A stretch of 40,716 nucleotides of DNA from an uncultured Deferribacteres bacterium (GTDB lineage Bacteria > Zhuqueibacterota > Zhuqueibacteria > Zhuqueibacterales > Geothermadaptataceae), in the NCBI GenBank assembly GCA_964014485.1, contig CAXHAT010000056.1:1-40716 (forward strand), read 5' to 3'. Position 1 is the stretch's first letter. The number at the start of each line of letters is the position of its first letter. The notes below the pieces were generated by a model. That model made no database searches and was not told the origin of the DNA. It saw nothing but the letters and a program-made list of their open reading frames with translations. Below are positions 36,246-40,716 of this stretch, in pieces. The position numbers and the translations under genes were made by a program.

Positions 36246-37703
36246 TCAGTCTTTCCTGAAAGATATTGATGAAAGCGAAATAAACAAAAAACCAAAAAGA
36301 AACAATAGGAAAAACGGAATAGAAAGGTACAATTCTTTTGAGAAAAAATAAGCTAAACCGAAAGTGAAGTAGCCTGCAAAGCATAGCTCCAATAAATGCA
36401 AACGATTGCGTTGCGTTTTGTATATTTTCTTTTTCCAGGAATCTCGCCGCGTCTCAATCCGAAATTTCGGCGTCCGAATGAATGCGCTTTTGTGGCCAAA
36501 AACCGCTTCGAGTACTGCGCGGCCGTTGTTTATAGACAAGCCGATTCCCATGGCCATGAGTGCCGGCACGTAAAGCATTTCCGGAAAAAGCCGACCGCAC
36601 GAAAGTTTAATCGCATATCCGTAATATACGACAACCGAAATCGTCGCCGCAAAAAATGTCAGCAAATATGGAATGATCGCCATCCTGACGTCGTAGTGCA
36701 CTTGCAAATTGAGAATCGGAATTAACAATAAAGCGGGCACGGTCATCATTAAGTAGGAAAAATTGCTGCCAAGATGGACAATTGCTTCAAATTTAACCAG
36801 AGTCGGAAGTTTGGAACGCCATATCGTTGGAATCAACTTGAGCCCGGTTTGGACAGAGCCTTTTGCCCAACGATGCTGCTGACTCTTGTAAGCGTTCATT
36901 TCTACCGGCAGTTCCGCCGGCGCCACAACGTCGGGCAAAAATACGAATTTCCAGCCCGCCAATTGTGCGCGGTAACTTAAGTCTAGGTCTTCGGTCAACG
37001 TATCGTGCTGCCAGCCGCCTGCATCCAGAATCGTTTGTCTGCGCCAAATGCCCGCAGTGCCGTTAAAGTTAAAGAATTTGCCGGATCGATTACGCGCATA
37101 ATGTTCGATGAGAAAATGCGCATCAAGAAAGATCGCCTGCAGCTTGGTAAGAAGCGAATAATCACGATTGATATGTCCCCACCTCGTCTGCACCATGCCA
37201 AAATTGTCATCGGTCAGCAAATACGGAATCGTTTGGCGAAGAAAGTCTTTTTGAGGGACAAAATCAGCATCGAATACAGCGAAAAACTCGGAATCGGTTT
37301 GATGCAGTCCATGCTCAAGCGCCCCTGCCTTAAAGCCCGATCGATCAACCCGGCGAATGTGCGCAATGTTTAACCCCTTCCGAGCTAACATTTTAACGAG
37401 CCGTGCGGTCAGTCTCACCGAATCATCGGTCGAATCATCCAATACTTGAATTTCCAAGCGGTCAAGCGGGTAGTCCAGATTGGCGACGGCCTTCAACAAT
37501 CTTTTAACGACGTATCGTTCATTAAAAATCGGCAATTGCACCGTCACCTTCGGCCAATTTTCAGGCGCGGGCGCGGGCTTGATTGGATCGACTTTGTATT
37601 TTTCTCGCAGCGCCAAAAGCGCATACTTATGTATGCCAAAAAAAATCAGCACGATGAGGGCTATCGCATAAAAAGCGATGAGCAGAATATGTCCCGCTGT
37701 CAT
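36246..37703 (-). CDS. Processive GT2 glycosyltransferase (cellulose-synthase-like/CslA-like)
   Basis: QLPIFNE, LDDSTD, GFKAGAL, FDADF, TLTED, QQHRW (QxxRW) and C-terminal TM helices. Confidence 0.93.
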   Translation of the reverse strand: MTAGHILLIAFYAIALIVLIFFGIHKYALLALREKYKVDPIKPAPAPENWPKVTVQLPIFNERYVVKRLLKAVANLDYPLDRLEIQVLDDSTDDSVRLTARLVKMLARKGLNIAHIRRVDRSGFKAGALEHGLHQTDSEFFAVFDADFVPQKDFLRQTIPYLLTDDNFGMVQTRWGHINRDYSLLTKLQAIFLDAHFLIEHYARNRSGKFFNFNGTAGIWRRQTILDAGGWQHDTLTEDLDLSYRAQLAGWKFVFLPDVVAPAELPVEMNAYKSQQHRWAKGSVQTGLKLIPTIWRSKLPTLVKFEAIVHLGSNFSYLMMTVPALLLIPILNLQVHYDVRMAIIPYLLTFFAATISVVVYYGYAIKLSCGRLFPEMLYVPALMAMGIGLSINNGRAVLEAVFGHKSAFIRTPKFRIETRRDSWKKKIYKTQRNRLHLLELCFAGYFTFGLAYFFSKELYLSIPFFLLFLFGFLFISLSSISFRKD

Positions 37704-37859
37704 GACGGCCTGACCTCCGAAACTTCCAAATAATTCATGTTCAAAATCATCTCGCAACTAAATACCAGGTTTATAACACGTCTCCAGGCAGTCCTATTCC
37801 CAGGCCAGAGGGCTGTGCAACGCGGTTTGTTAAACTTCAATTCTCAAGTTCTTTTGCGA

Positions 37860-38885
37860 CTATTTCTGAAGCGATGCAACAACATTGTTTTCAATCTCAT
37901 AAAGCACGGAAACAACGCCGTTTTCCGCGTCATAAACCATCGAATCGCGTACTTCGGAAAGATACATTTCAATATTCTCGCGCAAAATCGGCATAGCTTC
38001 ATCTTTGGTTGTCTGATGATCCATCACGTCCCAAATAATGATAGCGACGCCCACAATCGGCCCGAGCAGTTTTCCTCCCGCTGAACCGGCGACTTTCTGT
38101 CCCGTTTTGGCGGCCATTTTCGCGGTTGATTTTGCGGCCAGCTTAGTCGAAAGAGAACTTCCCATTTTTAGCCCAACTGCTTTTAACGGCTTGGCTAGCA
38201 AAACAGCGCCGCCAACGGACGAAGCAGTCAGCGTTTTCAAGGTCAAGGAAACTTGCCGGTTACCTTCGACGCCTTCGGTCATAACTGCGATATTATGTAA
38301 ATACCACGACCACTTTTCACGAGGAATGTTATAGCGTTCAGGAATCTCGTCTAATTTGGAGCGAATTTCTGAAACGTAAACATTGACGGCCTCATTGGTG
38401 ATTTTTTCCAACTCGAACTGTGCAAGCTGAGGCTGAAGGGCGCGATTCGAAAACTCTCGCTGAATTTCTTCGGTGATTTTTTCTGAAGCAGTTGGCTGCG
38501 TCTCATCAAGATAGTGCAAAACGGAGTGATAGAGTCCCTTCAGCCCGATTAACTGCTGATTCCAATAATCAAAATACCACGGCAGAAAATCGTCATCCAC
38601 ACGCTGCATTAATTTTTCCGTCCAGCCCTTCAGGCCGTTCGCCGCCGTTTCCTCCGCCCGCAATCTGGCGTGCTCAAGTGCTGCTATAATATCTTGATCG
38701 ACTGCATCCCACTCGATGGGTTTCGCTATGATCGGCTTTGAAGTTGGCGCTTCAACCGCGCTTTCGTTTTCAGGGAGCCGAATCAGTTTTTTGCCGACCA
38801 AAGACAGAACAATGCCGACAATGACAAGCCAGACAAGACCGTTCAAAAATGACAGAAACTTCCGAAAACCGCTTTTCTCATTCAT
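37860..38885 (-). CDS. Hypothetical membrane-anchored helical protein
   Basis: 341-aa ORF with AAGGAG RBS, N-terminal TM and an Ala/Gly/Lys-rich segment followed by hydrophobic GGKLLGPIVGVAIIIWD. Confidence 0.75.
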   Translation of the reverse strand: MNEKSGFRKFLSFLNGLVWLVIVGIVLSLVGKKLIRLPENESAVEAPTSKPIIAKPIEWDAVDQDIIAALEHARLRAEETAANGLKGWTEKLMQRVDDDFLPWYFDYWNQQLIGLKGLYHSVLHYLDETQPTASEKITEEIQREFSNRALQPQLAQFELEKITNEAVNVYVSEIRSKLDEIPERYNIPREKWSWYLHNIAVMTEGVEGNRQVSLTLKTLTASSVGGAVLLAKPLKAVGLKMGSSLSTKLAAKSTAKMAAKTGQKVAGSAGGKLLGPIVGVAIIIWDVMDHQTTKDEAMPILRENIEMYLSEVRDSMVYDAENGVVSVLYEIENNVVASLQK

Positions 38886-38926
38886 TTTAGAGCGCTCCTT
38901 TCAGAAACCGCCTGCTTCTTTCTTAA

Positions 38927-39100
38927 CTGATGTTACGCACTCTCGGAAATTTTCCAAATAGCACCTGAGAAATGTCACTTTTACGTCATCCCCGCGCAGG
39001 CGGAAATCCAGTCCATCGCACACAGCCCCTTGATTCCTGTCTGCGCGGGAATGACTTTGACGAGAGTTTCTAGGGCGTCGCTGCTGTCGCGTAACATCAG
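38927..39100. mobile_element. MITE-like non-autonomous element with internal REP/dRS3-like palindrome
   Basis: Perfect 12-bp TIRs CTGATGTTACGC / GCGTAACATCAG; 8-bp direct repeats TTTCTTAA at 38919-38926 and 39101-39108. Confidence 0.85.
38985..39055. repeat. REP-like inverted repeat pair (GTCATCCCCGCGCAGGCGGAAATCCA ... TGATTCCTGTCTGCGCGGGAATGAC)
   Basis: Near-complementary arms of about 25 nt, each resembling the ATTCCC-N8-GGGAAT dRS3-type palindrome. Confidence 0.8.
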
Positions 39101-39169
39101 TTTCTTAAACAACGACGTCGTCAGGTCGTCTTTGCGTTAAGTTCAATAAAGATAATTTCGGGAGGTCGA

Positions 39170-40249
39170 ATGTATCATTTCATGCGAAACATGCCAGCTT
39201 TTTCTATTGCGTTTTTTTGTCTTTTATCAGCATCGCTTTATGCTCAAAATAGCGCTGTTTGGGCGGATTGGAATTTTTCGGAAGCGCGTCAATTCGATTT
39301 TTGGATGGGCGAATGGCGGGTGAATAATCGCTTTATCCAGGAAGACAAATCATGGAAGGACGACGGGGCCGCTCACGTCAAGATTTATCGCGTTTTGGGC
39401 GGCAAAGCCATTCTCGAATTTTGGGACGGGGATATTCGCGGCGGCACGCCATTGAAAGGATTTAGTTTGCGATTCTATGATCGTAAAATCAAACAATGGC
39501 GGCTTGCACTAAATTGGCCGGGGCCCAATCGTCCCGGCTTTGGCTTTTTGGACGGGCAATTTCGGCATGGGCGCGGTGAGTTTTTTAGTACCAGCCATGA
39601 CACCGCCGGCAAAGAAATCATTTCACGATATTCGTTTGCTGACGTCTCCCCTACTTCGTTTCGCTGGGACGACGGCTAATCGCGGGACGGCGGCAAAACC
39701 TGGTCGGCAAATTGGGTTATGGAATTTTCGCGCGTTGCAGCGCGCGCATCGTGGCCGGATGATGACCAACAGTTCCACACTTACAACGACAACTCCCTCT
39801 GCGATACGGAAGAAGCCAGAGCGTTTGATTTTCTGGCGGGAACTAGGCAAGGCGAATTCGTTTCTGGCAATGGCGGCGAGCAATCTACTGCGCCCGCTGT
39901 TCTCAAAGCTTGGAAAGTTCTGAACGGCTGTGGAATTCTGCAAATTTTGACGACGAAACTCAACGGAAAAGACTATCAAGAACTGCGCCTGCGATCATAC
40001 ATTCCTTCGAAAAAAGTATGGCTTGTCCTCCGGCTCGACAGTTTGCCCGAAACTGGGTTTCAGCAGCAAGTCGGTGCGTTCGCTGACGGCAAAATCGAGC
40101 TGACCAGCATCGAACAAGACATGGGTAGCGCCACGACTCAGACAAAGTGGGACAAGCTGGATCAAGATGAAATTTTATACGAAATGAGCCAATCTCAAGA
40201 CCAAGGGTGGCAAGTTTTTGGGGAAGTCCGCCTAAAGCGTTCGAACTAA
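39170..40249 (+). pseudogene. Exported two-repeat DUF1579-like protein interrupted by an in-frame TAA at 39677-39679
   Basis: ORFs 39170-39679 and 39719-40249 share a frame; read-through gives FRWDDG*SRDGGKTWSANWVMEFSR; repeats begin QFDFWMGEW and AFDFLAGTR. Confidence 0.75.
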
Positions 40250-40418
40250 AACTGAAACGGATTTTTAGAATTGGATTTATTCAAATTCAATCTCTATTTT
40301 CGAAGGCATAACAATTAGCCGCTTTGGAGTCAAATGATTCAGCGTTTGATGCAAGTCTTTTGCTCGCGGATCACGATGAATCGCCGCACTCCTGAGAAAA
40401 GTCACTCATTGGAATATT

Positions 40419-40674
40419 ATGCTATCCAAAAGTTTTAGATATTGGCCGCTGATTGCGTCTATCGGGCTGTGTTTTCAAGTTAGTTGCTCGCATAAATCTC
40501 CGGTTGATCAGGAAAATCCTTCCTTGGCCGAAGTTGAAATCATCTCGCCTTCCAGAATCGACGGGCGTAACGTTTTGCCAATGGTTGTGCGCATCAAGTC
40601 GCAAAACGGAGAAATTGATGTGCAAAAGACGGAACGGATTCAAGCAGATTTATCGGGCGTTTCTTCACTTAATC
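40419..40674 (+). CDS. Putative lipoprotein, 3'-truncated at the contig end
   Basis: Open frame MLSKSFRYWPLIASIGLCFQVSCSHKSP... (VSC lipobox-like) runs into the adapter, so it is absent from the ORF track. Confidence 0.55.
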
Positions 40675-40716
40675 CTGTCTCTTATACACATCTCCGAGCC
40701 CACGAGACTCCATTGC
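40675..40716 (+). other. Illumina Nextera adapter read-through (mosaic end + Read2 adapter + i7 index)
   Basis: CTGTCTCTTATACACATCT-CCGAGCCCACGAGAC (40675-40708) and 8-nt index TCCATTGC. Confidence 0.99.

Noticed and set aside
37704..37859. Structured leader RNA or c-di-GMP riboswitch upstream of the processive GT2
   Set aside because: Only short, imperfect stems are seen and no known aptamer consensus is recognisable; an Rfam scan would be needed.
39677..39679. Selenocysteine or pyrrolysine recoding
   Set aside because: The codon is TAA, not TGA or TAG.
40422..40643. 73-aa minus-strand ORF at the right end
   Set aside because: The opposite strand carries a more plausible lipoprotein-like frame from 40419 that runs off the contig.

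Overview
A 40.7-kb bacterial contig with untrimmed Illumina Nextera adapter and index sequence at both ends (1-46 and 40675-40716). The C-terminal 'QNHPNPFNP...YFYKL...KLILLR' sorting domain on a secreted M6 protease suggests an FCB-related lineage such as KSB1, Calditrichota or Ignavibacteria (inference). The left half is accessory or metabolic: M6 protease, MATE pump, Fe3+/thiamine-family ABC importer, a degenerate sigma54-activator-like regulator, ABC-2 exporter with lipoprotein, FabG-like reductase, an orphan TRAP solute-binding protein coupled to a secreted kinase-fold protein, a trkA-trkH deletion scar, and an MNT-HEPN module bracketed by a duplicated 3' end of a GMC oxidoreductase gene. 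The right half is mostly housekeeping: ddl, three tRNAs, infC (ATT start)-rpmI-rplT-pheS-pheT-zapB-zapA-rny-ymdB, trxA and glycosyltransferases. The most notable observations are (1) an RNase Y at its usual locus whose HD-domain metal ligands are mostly substituted, (2) a HAD phosphatase fused to an ArfB-like GGQ ribosome-rescue domain, (3) a TA-like cassette flanked by a roughly 100-bp gene-end duplication, (4) a 174-bp nested MITE with 12-bp TIRs and an 8-bp TSD, (5) the exported kinase-fold protein, and (6) an 8-bp tandem/inverted repeat hairpin. All calls come from reading motifs by eye; no database searches were run.
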